Below, one piece after another: positions 38,701-48,967 of a stretch of DNA of 64,000 bases; position 1 is the stretch's first letter; each line of letters opens with the position of its first letter. Below the pieces are notes generated by a model. It saw only the letters and a list, made by a program, of their open reading frames with translations, was not told where the DNA came from and ran no database searches. The DNA is from Octopus sinensis (taxonomy: Eukaryota). The stretch covers positions 12,399,360 to 12,463,359 of the forward strand of contig NC_043019.1 in the NCBI RefSeq assembly GCF_006345805.1, written 5' to 3'. The position numbers and the translations under genes are program-made.

Positions 38701-40844
38701 TGATGATGATGTAGCATTTTTCCTTTTCTTTCTTTCCAGTGATAACAGTTCAGTTTCTGACGACCTTACTCATCGACAGGAGAGCTTATGGCTTATACCA
38801 TGCCAACGAGATGAGGCTGAAAAACTGCTTGAGGGCAAACCCGACGGGACTTTCTTGATTCGACCTAAAAATAACGGACAATTTTATGCATTGTCTATTG
38901 TGTGAGTATGAATATTGTCCCCCTGGGAGCAATTCTTTTATTCTTGTGCCTGTAAAACTCTTTACTCTTTTACTTGTTTCAGTCATTTGACTGCGGCCAT
39001 GCTGGAGCACCACCTTTAGTTGAGGAAATTGACACCAGGACTTATTCTCTGTAAGCCTAGTACTTATTCTATCGGTCTATTTTGCCGAACCGCTAAGTAA
39101 CGGAGAACGTAAACACACCAGCATCGGTTGTCAAGTGATGTTGGGGGGACAAACACATACACATATACATATACATGTATACGACGGGCTTCTTTCAGTT
39201 TCTGTCTACCAAATCCACTCACAAGGCTTTGGTTGGCCCGAGGCTCTAGTAGAAGACACTTGCCCAAGGTGCCACGCAGTGGGACTGAACCCGGAACCAT
39301 GTGGTTGGTAAACAAGCTACTTACCACACAGCCACTCCTGCGCCTAATAGAGAAGATTATTATTTTTATTATTATCAAGGCTGCAAGCTGATGGAATCGT
39401 TAGCACTGTGGATGAAATGCTTAATAGTATTTCACCTGTCACTATGTTCTGAGTTCAAATTCCACCAAGGTCAACTTCGCCTTTAATCCTTTTGGAGTCG
39501 GTAAATTCAGTACCAGTTGAATTCTGGGGTTGATGGAATCGACAAGTCTTCTCCCTCAAAATTTCTGGCCTTGTGCCTATAATAGAAAGGATTATCAGGT
39601 GGCAAGCTGGCGGAATCACTTGCACACCAGGTGGAATGCTTAGCAGTATTTTATCTGTCTTTTACGTTCTGAGTTCAAATTCTGCTGAGGTTGACTTTGT
39701 CTTTCATCCTTTCAGGGTTAGTAATAATAATGATGAAATTTTTCGTATACAGTGCTCCTGTGCACCACATCTTGTCAAAAGTGCATATAAACATATGCAG
39801 TAATGTACAAATGTCTGGAAAGTGAACAGTGTATGAGTCAGATATATGCTTGCATGTGTATGGAGGGGAGAAAATCAGGTGTAGCGTTGGCGAATCTCAG
39901 GAAGCATGGAAGTTTTGACGGATGCAGGGCTCCGACAACTAACAACTGATGCCGGCAGTTTGTTCCATGCTTCAGCAACTCTTAGCATGAAAAAAATGTT
40001 TCCGAAAGTCATGGGAGCTGTGCTGTTTTCTGACTTTGTAAATATGTCCACGGGTGTTAGACAGGTGGAGTTTGAAAAGGTGCTCGGAATTGTTTGTAAG
40101 ATGGTTAATGATAAAATAAATAGCAGTTGAGAACTGCGGTCGATGTAATTGGCTCATCCTCTTTTGCAAAATTGCTTCCCTTGTGCCAAAATTTTAAACC
40201 ATTTTTATTAACCCTTTAGCATTTAAACCGGCCATATCCGGCCAAAAGTATTCTGCCTGTTTTATGTTCAAACTGGTGAGATCTGGTCTCTCACACCAAC
40301 CCTACAATATCGTTTTAAAAATTAACAATTACCTCATCAAAATCTCATAGCTACAAGATAATGTATGATTAGTTCAAAACAATGTGGATGAAGAAGCATT
40401 AATTGTGGCAGAATAATGCGAACACTAAAGGGTTAATATTACTTTCTGGTTTATTCTTTATTGTTATTATATATTTCTTTTTTTTTTCTTTTTTATTTTT
40501 CCAACCAATCCAACTGCGGTACCTACCTGTGAAATTTGCTGCTCTGGTGACGAAACAGACATGAAAAAGTGATAGGCCATTGTAAAATCCTGCGGAAAAA
40601 CGGCAACTATGGCTTTGCCGAGCCATACATTATTCATCCGTCGCTACTGGAGTTGGTGTTACACTACCAGAAGACGTCGCTGTCCGAACACAACGAGCAC
40701 CTGGACGTGACGTTGAAGTTCCCGCTGAAGGCGGGGATAATGGCTGAAGACGTCAGTGGGAGTGGCGGGGATGCCCTCTACGCCCGCATGACCTCCATGA
40801 ATCTCTCGTCCAATCAGTGTCCACCATGGGATCACGATGGCTGA
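10196..40844 (+). CDS. PIK3R1: Class IA PI3K regulatory subunit (p85-like, co-orthologue of PIK3R1/2/3); 20 exons, 5'-incomplete; C1-SAM-C1-RhoGAP-SH2-iSH2-SH2
   Basis: 20 GT-AG exons join in one frame (2522 nt: 2 nt of a split codon, 839 aa, stop). Motifs [63 protein letters not shown] and [27 protein letters not shown] match the p85 SH2 and iSH2 regions. Confidence 0.95.
10420..10554 (+). CDS. PIK3R1: p85-like exon: SAM domain part 1 ([45 protein letters not shown])
   Basis: TTTCAG acceptor, GTTTGT donor, phase 0-0; W..V..W..L..Y...F....I.G..L SAM pattern. Confidence 0.9.
11330..12000 (+). mobile_element. Degenerate LINE reverse-transcriptase fragment
   Basis: [15 protein letters not shown] at about 11648-11695 resembles the GVPQGSxLSPxLF RT motif; heavily decayed. 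Confidence 0.6.
12270..12575. repeat. 60-bp tandem repeat (5 copies) inside an RTE-type tail
   Basis: GGATGGTGCTTTTTACGTGCCACC...GGCAAACGGCCACGGAC. Confidence 0.85.
12648..12728 (+). CDS. PIK3R1: p85-like exon: SAM domain part 2 ([27 protein letters not shown])
   Basis: TTACAG acceptor, GTGAGT donor, phase 0-0. Confidence 0.9.
14197..14257 (+). CDS. PIK3R1: p85-like 61-nt linker exon ([20 protein letters not shown])
   Basis: ATTCAG acceptor after a pyrimidine tract, GTAAGT donor; supplies exactly the phase 0 to 1 bridge required between its neighbours. Confidence 0.75.
14440..15225. mobile_element. hAT-type MITE containing a nested Tigger/pogo-like MITE (14545-15055)
   Basis: Outer TIRs CAGTGATTCTCAA / TTGAAAACCACTG with an 8-bp TSD (GTTTAATC / GTTTAGTC); inner TIRs CCGTAAATCCTCGAGTATA / TATACTCGAGGATTTACTG with TA TSD. 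Confidence 0.8.
15752..15868 (+). CDS. PIK3R1: p85-like exon: second C1 domain, N-half ([39 protein letters not shown])
   Basis: TTTCAG acceptor, GTAGGT donor, phase 1-1; HxF...CxxC...GL..QG..C pattern. Confidence 0.92.
16965..17063 (+). CDS. PIK3R1: p85-like exon: second C1 domain, C-half ([33 protein letters not shown])
   Basis: ATGTAG acceptor, GTAAGT donor, phase 1-1. Confidence 0.9.
17358..17905 (+). mobile_element. About 550-bp dispersed element flanked by (TTA)n; copies at 30497-31056 (-) and 60741-61230 (+)
   Basis: Near-identical sequence (GAGCAGTGCATGCCATCAAAGTGACACTGGGG...GAAGCCATGAGAGCCACTGCCTGGTAC) in three places. Confidence 0.85.
18256..18366 (+). CDS. PIK3R1: p85-like exon: RhoGAP start ([36 protein letters not shown])
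   Basis: CTCTAG acceptor, GTAAGT donor; FG..L...P.....C...IE RhoGAP motif. Confidence 0.92.
20129..20206 (+). CDS. PIK3R1: p85-like exon: RhoGAP arginine-finger region ([25 protein letters not shown])
   Basis: TTGCAG acceptor, GTAAGT donor, phase 1-1; YR motif. Confidence 0.9.
21040..21310 (+). mobile_element. RTE-like LINE ORF C-terminal fragment with 3' tail to about 21560
   Basis: [29 protein letters not shown] followed by the shared (TGA)n-tailed 3' sequence. Confidence 0.7.
23075..23575 (-). mobile_element. tRNA-derived SINE family A, full length (others at 34590-34985 +, 37015-37426 -, 38960-39348 -, 48345-48750 -, 54538-54950 +, 57285-57630 -, plus many fragments)
   Basis: Head GGAGTGGCTGTGTGG...GGTTCAGTCCC (A/B box), central (TA)/(TG) microsatellite and tail AAACAAGTAAAAGAG. 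Confidence 0.9.
23625..23759 (+). CDS. PIK3R1: p85-like exon: RhoGAP ([44 protein letters not shown])
   Basis: TCACAG acceptor, GTAAGT donor; [15 protein letters not shown] motif. Confidence 0.95.
24992..25193 (+). CDS. PIK3R1: p85-like exon: RhoGAP C-terminal part (VGSTNERDL...[19 protein letters not shown])
   Basis: TTTCAG acceptor, GTAAGT donor, phase 1 to 2. Confidence 0.9.
26108..26226 (+). CDS. PIK3R1: p85-like exon: RhoGAP end plus proline-rich motif ([17 protein letters not shown]...NPPPIPKRP)
   Basis: GTACAG acceptor, GTAAGT donor, phase 2 to 1; PxxPxR SH3-ligand motif. Confidence 0.9.
27578..27647 (+). CDS. PIK3R1: p85-like exon: nSH2 start ([23 protein letters not shown])
   Basis: TTGTAG acceptor, GTTTGT donor; AEWYWG motif. 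Confidence 0.93.
28819..28911 (+). CDS. PIK3R1: p85-like exon: nSH2 ([31 protein letters not shown])
   Basis: TTCCAG acceptor, GTAAGC donor; FLVRD motif. Confidence 0.97.
29979..30159 (+). CDS. PIK3R1: p85-like exon: nSH2 end ([60 protein letters not shown])
   Basis: TTTCAG acceptor; the GTACGT donor was chosen for phase 0 with the next exon. Confidence 0.93.
31528..31653 (+). CDS. PIK3R1: p85-like exon: iSH2 helix 1 ([42 protein letters not shown])
   Basis: ATTCAG acceptor, GTAAGA donor; 126 nt, phase 0-0. Confidence 0.9.
32364..32482 (+). CDS. PIK3R1: p85-like exon: iSH2 ([40 protein letters not shown])
   Basis: TTGCAG acceptor, GTAAGC donor, phase 0 to 2. Confidence 0.93.
32487..34141. 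repeat. 1.65-kb pure-pyrimidine-rich 14-mer satellite (CCCTTCTCTTCTCA)n
   Basis: Direct reading; it begins within the donor site of exon 32364-32482. Confidence 0.97.
35055..35231 (+). CDS. PIK3R1: p85-like exon: iSH2 helix 2 ([14 protein letters not shown]...[20 protein letters not shown])
   Basis: TTTTAG acceptor, GTAAGT donor, phase 2-2. Confidence 0.93.
35314..35347 (+). ncRNA. Degenerate minimal hammerhead motif (Penelope-type)
   Basis: CUGUGGA-A-GAGC-AGAG-GCUC-GAAA-CGU-U-AAA; core A6 is mutated. A truncated copy follows the gap at 55848. Confidence 0.35.
36068..36133 (+). CDS. PIK3R1: p85-like exon: iSH2 helix 3 ([21 protein letters not shown])
   Basis: TTACAG acceptor after a long pyrimidine tract, GTAAGT donor, phase 2-2; positionally equivalent to the human WLTQKG exon. 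Confidence 0.8.
36369..36756 (+). mobile_element. Non-autonomous Helitron-like element (related copies on minus at 8800-9047 and 45250-45585)
   Basis: Shared 5' ACTAGCA..TCGCCCGGCGTTGCTCGG and a 3' CTTTATATATAG end; the class assignment is an inference. Confidence 0.5.
37647..38237. repeat. About 199-bp tandem repeat, 3 copies
   Basis: GGTAAAACACAGGTATATCG...GATTGCTAGAC at about 37647, 37845 and 38044. Confidence 0.9.
38740..38901 (+). CDS. PIK3R1: p85-like exon: cSH2 N-half ([54 protein letters not shown])
   Basis: TTCCAG acceptor, GTGAGT donor. Confidence 0.95.
39770..40105 (-). mobile_element. CR1-like LINE 3' fragment
   Basis: [30 protein letters not shown] motif. Confidence 0.65.
40208..40436. 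mobile_element. piggyBac-like MITE
   Basis: TTAA-CCCTTTAG ... CTAAAGGG-TTAA; related partial ends occur at 1-600, 15320 and 29025-29235. Confidence 0.7.
40559..40844 (+). CDS. PIK3R1: p85-like terminal exon: cSH2 C-half plus about 30-aa tail (...[24 protein letters not shown])
   Basis: AAACAG acceptor in phase 2; YGFAEPY, LVLHY and LDVTL.FP motifs; TGA stop at 40842-40844. Confidence 0.93.
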
Positions 40845-41859
40845 ACGGCAACAACAACAACAGCAACAACTATAAATAACAACAAAAATAAAACTGAAAT
40901 TGAAAGTTTGGAAAAAAAAAAAAGAAAAAGAAAAATGGAAACGAAAAACAATGAAATATAAAAAAATATATATATATATATATATGTGTGTATATATATA
41001 TATAATCAAAGAAAAGCAACAAATAAAAAAAAAAAGACAGAAAAAAACTGCAAGAAAAAGATAAACACATCCACAACCACCAAAATAATATAAATGAAAA
41101 TGTCCTTTCCTTTTTCTTTTCTTTTTTTCTGTTATAATCCTCCTCTTCCTCCCACTCTCTCTCACTCACCCACCTACTTTCTCTCTCTCTCTCACTCACC
41201 CACCTACTTTCTCTCTCTCTCTCGTTTTCTCTCTCATGCTCCACATTTTTTTTTGTCTCACACTGCTCCTCTCTTGCCCTCCTCCTCCTCCTCCCTTGTC
41301 CCCAATTTTTTTTTTTTTTTTTTCCTTCCTCCACTAAACACTGCTACCCCCACAACCATCCTACCGCTCCCATACCACTACCATGCTGTTAGTGCTATCA
41401 TACCACTAACCACCACTCTAACCGCTAATAACCACTATTACCATCATATTATTATGACTATCAACCACAACCACCACCACCACCACCACCACCCATACTG
41501 TGGCCACCACCAGCCACAACTATGCTGCTACTACTACAACTACTACTACTACCATACCACCACTGTGCTACTACCACCTAAACAACTATCACCAAACAGT
41601 TATACCACATTAATTAGTGTTTATTTGGCAATCTGTAATCATGCGTAGTAAATTAATGCAGGACCCCTTAATCATCCTTTATCACAACCCACCTTGTTTC
41701 ACCAGGTAACCCCTTCACATCCCTCCATCTACCCACGACCCACTGGTTCCTTCCCTTTCCCCCCACTCTGCCTAAATAACCAGACCTTATTTTCCACTGA
41801 GTTCATACCTCCCCGTTTTTCAAATTTAGACCCCCCACCCTCCCACCACTCCATCATTG

Positions 41860-42891
41860 TGTATGTATGTGTGTGTGTATGAATATATATGCATGTGTGT
41901 GTATGTATTTATATATAGGTAGGTAGATAGATATACACATATACAAATATACACACACACACATACACGAGTATGTATGTATGTGTCTATATATATATAT
42001 TATACACACACACACACACACACACGTGTGTGTGTGCATATATCTATGCATATGTGTATATAGACATGTATATATGTGTATATAAATGTATGTATATACA
42101 TATGTATGCATATATATTGATGTGTGTATATATGTATATAGATGTGTTTGTGTATGTGTGTGTGTATATATATATGTATGTATGTATCTGTATGTATGTA
42201 TATGTATGTATGTGTATATATATATATGTGTGTGTGTACATATATATATATATCTATGTATATATGTATGTATGTGTATATATATATGTGTGTATATATA
42301 TATATAATGAATGGTGTAATTGGTAGACCATCATGGTTCACTTTCAAGTTCAATTATTAAAATAAATATTCCAATCAAAATAGTGGGGTTTGTGGGGTGG
42401 GGGGAATTGATGCTAAATTTCTTGAAAGTTGCACAAGGCTGCGCTCTAACGATTGAAGTCTGAAAGAATATACAATGTATGTATATAGACATGCACACAT
42501 CCACACCTACTTCGCTCTGGATCCATCCATTCATCCATCCATCCATCCATCCATCCATCTGCTCACCTTCATCACAGTCATATATCCAGCCCCCTCTCCC
42601 TCCCTACTGTTTCCCCCCACCCACCAACTGACTGTCATGTGTCATGGACCCCTGCTGCTTGACACCCCACCCCCCACCTAGACATTCATTCAGCTGTTGT
42701 TCTGATGGATATCGCTTTATAGGACCCTAACCAACCCACCAAGTAATTGAATTTTTCTTTGTGAAAGTCTCTACCATTCCCCCCACTGGATAACTAGATT
42801 AGTCTGAGACCCTCTCCTGGCCACATACGTATGCTTGTGTGTGTGTATATCTCTCTATCTATCTATATACATAATTGCATGTATATAATTT

Positions 42892-42935
<44 letters not shown>

Positions 42936-43680
42936 ATATATATGTATATATATTTATGTGTGTGTATATATGTTTATATATATATATATATATATGTGTG
43001 TTTATATATGTATGTTTATATATATATATGTGTGTTTATATATGTATGTATATATATAATATTTGTATATGTGTTTATATATACATATATATATGTATAT
43101 ATATATGTGTATACATTTATATATATATATTTGTATACATTTATATATATATATATTTGTATACATTTATATATATATATATTTGTATACATTTATATAT
43201 ATATATATATGTGTATACATTTATATATATATATTTTTGTATGTGTATATATATAATATATATATTATATATATATATATATTTGTATGTGTTTATATAT
43301 ATATATATGTTTATGTGTGTATATATATATGTGTGTGTGTGGGTGAATATGTATGTACGTGTATATATATATATCTGTATATATATATATATGTGTGTAT
43401 ATATATATATATCTGTGTATATATGTATATATATATATATCTGTGTATATATGTATATATATATGTGTGTGTGTGTATATATATGTATATATATATATAT
43501 ATACATACACACACCTACATACGAACACTACTGCATAGATATGGATGTATATATATATATATATACATATACATATGCATATATATGTGCATGTCTCAAA
43601 ATTTCTAAATACTTGTAAATGTTTGCATACGCATCTATGTGAATGCCGCATGTGTATATATGCATATACACACGCAGGTA
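41860..43680. repeat. Large compound (TA)/(TG)/(CA) microsatellite blocks
   Basis: Direct reading; similar blocks at 2590-2750, 18500-18760, 26460-26800 and 53100-53650. Confidence 0.9.
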
Positions 43681-45700
43681 TGTATATACATTTTCTACCA
43701 TGCCACTCCTCGCTCTCCCCTCTGACAACTTACACCCTCTCTCGCTCCACTGGGCTCTCCATGCAGATTCTGTACTGTGCTATGCTAACCCTCTTCTCAA
43801 CCTTCATTGTTCCCTGTGGGCCCTGTTGATTTTAGGGCCCACCCCCCCAGTCAAACAACCACTTCCACACTTTTCTCCCTCTGACCACAATTTCCATCCA
43901 CCCCCACCACCCTCCTCATACTGCTGCTGCTGCTGCTGAGTTTAAAATTTTCTTTTTTTTCTTTCTTGTGTCCCCTCACTCACCCCCCACCTTTTTTTTT
44001 TTTTTTTATAATAAAACACAGACACACAGACAGATCTTGTTTGCATCACACAGTTTGTGGGGTGGGTGGGTGGGGGAGCGAAGAGGAAGCTAAAGTAAAA
44101 TCCAGTTGGCGGGGGGTGGGGGTGAGAGAGAGAGAGAGAGGGAAAAATTTCTGCCCTTTTTTTTTTTTTTTTTTTTCTCCATTGAAGTGGGACAGAGGGA
44201 AGAAAGAAAGGCAGAATGAGACAGGGTGGATGGATGGATGGATGGAAGGATGGATGGATGGAGGGCTGGATGGATGGATGCTAGTATTAACTGAGAGGGA
44301 GAAGCAGAGGGGAAAATACAAGAGGAAGAGGAGGAGGAGTGAGGTTGGAATATGAGAGAGTGGGTGGAGCAGAGGAGGAAGAAGACTGGAGGGGGGTGGA
44401 AGTAGAAAGTGGTAATGGGGTTGGGGATCATGGGGCGGGGCAGGGGGTGGGACGGTCAGAAAGACGAGGGGAGTGCTTAGGAATGGAGCTAAGGAAAAAG
44501 AGGGGGGGTCATCTGTTAAAGTGGGGTCAGAAAGGGGTTTTTTTTTTCTTCGGTGAGTGGGAGGATGTATTGGTCGAAGGGGGGGATGGTAGGAGTGAAG
44601 GAAATGGGAATGTGATGAGAAAGAGAGGGAGAGAGAGGGGAGGGGGAAAGAAGGAAGGAAGAAAGAGAAAAACGGGAGGGGTGGGTGAAAATTTTAAATA
44701 ACAGAAAAAATTTTAAATAAGTAAATAAAAACAAATGACAATAATAAAGAGAACATTATTATTATTATGATGATGATGATGATGAAGAAATAAGGCAAGA
44801 ACAATTGAGAACACTAATAAATATAATAATAAAAATAATAATAAAAAATAAATACTATAAAAAAGTTTTATGGTTGAGTTATTTTTATTTTATATATTTG
44901 ATATTTTCAGCTTTGGTTTTTGTTAGAGTTTTGTTTTGTTTTTCTTTCATTTTCATTCATTCACTTTCACTCTTTCATTAATCTCATTCCCTATCTGTCT
45001 TTTTTTTACTCATTCATTTGCTCCCTCAATTTCATTCTCACTCTCATTCGCAAACTTTTTTGCCAACTTTCATTCACAAAATATCTCATTCATTCACTCA
45101 CATTCTTTCGGGCTCATTTTCTTTCAATTTCAATCACTGACTCATTCATTCTTATTCACTCAGGCTCATTGACTTTAGCTCTTTCATGCCCTCATTTATT
45201 CATTATCATTTGTTCTATGTCATTCAAACACATCTTTATATATACTCCCACATTCTGCGGTGCAGTTTAACCAAAAGCGGGTATCTTATAGTCGTGATTC
45301 ATATCGAGCCCTTCTGGGTATTAGCGCGCGTCTACGATGAGTCTACGATTTTAAAAATAATTTACCATCATTTTTTTCCATTTTAATGCATTTTTTCGCT
45401 TTTATATAAGGGAAGTAACTCTCTAAAAATGTCTACGATGAGTCAACGATTTAAAAGAAAATTTACCATAATTTTTTTTCCATTTTTAATGCATTTTTTT
45501 GCTATTTTTTGGCTATAACTCCCTAAAAATGCTTATATAGTTATTTCCCTTACAAAGCCGAGCAACGCCGGGCGATACTGCTAGTATTTTATAAACAAAC
45601 TTTGAAAGTATTAAATGTGTATGGTGTTTTACAAACAAAGTAATATTTTGAATGCAGTATAGCCATAAAAACAGCAGAAAGATCAGGTATTACACCCTTC

Positions 45701-46824
45701 ATCATCATCGTTTAACGTCCACTTTTCCATGCTAGCATGGGTTGGACAATTTGACTGAGGACCGGCGAACCAGAATGCTGCACCAGGCTCCAGTCTGATC
45801 TGGCAGAGTTTCTACAGCTGGATGCCCTTCCTAACGCCAAACACTCTGAGAGTGTAGTGGGTGCTTTTACATGCCACCGGCACGAGGGCCAGTCTGCTAG
45901 TACTGGCAACGGCCACACTCAAATGGTGTTTTTTGTGTGCCACTCCAGTGGCACTAGCAACGACCTCGACATTATATATATATAAATATATATTTATTCA
46001 AACCGGTTTTCGTCTAAATATTCTTGGCAAGTCATACAATGACGAAAACCGGTTTGAATAAATATATATTTATATATTTTATCAATTTCTCATTTCATTA
46101 AAATTTTCTTTCATTTGAGCATTCTGCATTTTTACAATTTTTCCTTGCTTATCATTTCTCCACGTGAGGTCAACACAACCCCACCATTTATTGATCTCTC
46201 TCTCTCTATATATATATATATATACATATCGACACGGTTTAATGTCCGCTTTCCATGCTAGCATGGGTTGGACGATTTTGACTGAGGACCGGCAAACCAG
46301 ATGGCTGCACCAGGCTCCAATCTGATCTGGCAGAGTTTCTACAGCTGGATGCCCTTCCTAATGCCAACCACTCAGAGTGTAGTGGGTGCTTTTACATGCC
46401 ACCAGCACGGGGGCCAGTCTGCTAGTACTGGCAATGGCCACGCTCAAATGGTGCTTTTTGTGTGCCACCTGCACAGGACCCACTCCAGTGGCACTGGCAA
46501 CGACCTCGACATTATGTATATATATATACATACATATCAACACGGTTTAACCTCCACATTCCATGCTAGCATGGGTTGGACGAATGACTGTGGGCTGGTG
46601 AACCAGACGGCTGCACCAGGCTCCAATCGTGATCTGGCAGTGTTTCTACTGCTGGATGCCCTTCCTAACGACAACCACTCTGAGAGTGTAGTGGGTGCTT
46701 GTATGTACCACCGGCACGAGGGCCAGTCTGCTAGTACTGGCAACGGCCATGCTTAAATGGTGTTTTTTGTGTGCCACCTGCACAGGAGCCACTCCAGTGG
46801 CACTGGCAACGACCTCGACATATG

Positions 46825-46855
<31 letters not shown>

Positions 46856-47085
46856 TCATACATATCAACACGGTTTAATGTCCGCTTTCCATGCTAGCAT
46901 GGGTTGGACGATTTGACAGTGGACTGGCGAACCAAATGGCTGCACCAGGCTCCAAACTTGATCTGGCAGAGTTTCTACAGCTGGATGCCCTTCCTAATGC
47001 CAACCACTCCGAGAGTGTAGTGGATGCTTTTACGTGCCACCGGCATGAGGGTCAATCAGGCAGTACTGGCAACGGCCACGAAAAA
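45701..47085 (-). repeat. Four head-to-tail copies of the RTE-derived 3'-tail repeat (about 310-bp unit)
   Basis: TTCCATGCTAGCATGGGTTGGAC...GGATGCCCTTCCTAA... at 45725, 46250, 46560 and 46886; the same family is dispersed across the window. Confidence 0.85.
45978..46077. repeat. Perfect 37-bp inverted repeat with a 26-nt spacer
   Basis: ATATATAAATATATATTTATTCAAACCGGTTTTCGTC and its reverse complement at 46041-46077. Confidence 0.9.
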
Positions 47086-47936
47086 ATCAGGTTTTTTGTA
47101 AAAAGACACTTACCCAAGGTGCCACACTGTGGGACTGAACCTGGATGATGATGATGATAAGAATTCATTTGTGCTGGAATACATTAGCTTTTGGTTCTTA
47201 GTGTAACATAATGGGTTTTTCTTGACCAAATTTAAGCAATATTCCATTTGGTCATGGCTTTGTGGTTAAGAAACTCAGTCTGCTTAGCTCTTTTCTCTTG
47301 CTTGTTGTTGTAAAAATAAATATTTCTAATTGTCCAGCCCGCCATCCAAATTCATTTCACAGTATACACTGAACTAGGCACTGGCATGGCTGTGTTGTTA
47401 AGAAACTTGCTTACTAACCATGTGATTTTGGGTTCAGTCCTACTGCTCAGCACCTTGGACAAGTGTCTTGCACTATAGCCCTAGGCTGACCAATGACTTG
47501 GGAGGAATTTGATAGATGGAGACTGTGTGGAAGACCATCATATATATGTTTATATACTGTTGTGTCTGGGGAGAGTCATTTTCTTTTTTTGCCTTATAAC
47601 GTAACACACTCACCAATAAAATTTCCACTTTTTTTTTCTTATTTTTTTTTTCCTAAAATTTTCGTTGCGTCTTGCAACCTTTTCTATAGTCTTGACTTTA
47701 TATATATATATATATATATATATGCATATAGGTGTGTATATATGTATGTATGCATGTGGGTATATATATTTTTGTGTGCATATACATATATATACTCTTT
47801 TACTTGTTTCAGTCATTTGACTGCGGCCATGCTGGAGCACCGCCTTTAGTCGAGCAAATCGACCCCGGGACTTATTCTTTGTAAGACCAGTATTTATTCT
47901 ATCGGTCTCTTTTGCCGAACCGTGTGTGTATGTATG

Positions 47937-47971
<35 letters not shown>

Positions 47972-48558
47972 ATGTATATATTTATATATGTGTATATCTG
48001 TGTGTGTGAGTATATATATATTCGTAAATGTTGGACGATGAAACGAGTGCTCAGCACCACATTGGTGGATATATAATTTCTTTATTTGTGAATTAAGGCT
48101 ACCATTGGTTTCAGGTGAAAAAAAGTAGGAAAATATCCTTGTGTCTTTACAATTTTTCAAGCCGGTCATATGGAGAAAGGTGTTCGCCTCCATATGCGTT
48201 TGTAATTGCCTCCTCCTCCATTGCTTGACAACCTGTATGAGTTTGTTTACGTTCCCGTAACTTAGTGGTTCAGCAAAAGAGTCCAATAGTATGAGACTTC
48301 GAAAATAAGATCCAGGATACACACGTCTGTAAATCTCATATTACTCTTTACTCTTTTACTTGTTTCAGTCATTTGACTGCGGCCATGCTGGAGCACCACC
48401 TTTAGTCGAGCAACTCGACCCCGGGACTTATTCTTTGTAAGCCCAGTAACTTATTCTATCGGTCTCTTTTGCTGAACTGCTGAGTGACGGGGACGTAAAC
48501 ACACCAGCATCAGTTGTCAAGCAATGCTAGGGGGACAAACACAGACACACAAACATAT

Positions 48559-48589
<31 letters not shown>

Positions 48590-48967
48590 CGACAGGCTTC
48601 TTTCAGTTTCCGTCTGCCAAATCCACTCACAAGGCATTGGTCGGCCCGAGGTTATAGTAGAAGACACTTGCCCAAAATGCCACGCAGTGGGACTGAACCC
48701 GGACCATGTGGTTGGTAAGCAAGCTACTTACCACACAGCCACTCCTGCGGCTATTAGTGTCTGTTTCCATAGTAACAGGCAAAGCTGTAGGCCGCCTTGT
48801 TTTCACTATAACAAGGATGCTGTACTTAGCACAGCTGTGACACTTTGACCCCTGGAATGACCACCAGACTTTAAAAATAAGGGCCCGGATTGATTTGCTT
48901 AACTAAAGCTCTTCAAGGCAATGCTTCCGCAAGGCCGCACTCCAAAATAAAAAGGGGATAAAAGGAT

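Noticed and set aside
47650-47700. Hammerhead-like stem II plus GAAA on minus
   Set aside because: The core reads CUAUAGA, with G5 and A6 lost; too degenerate.
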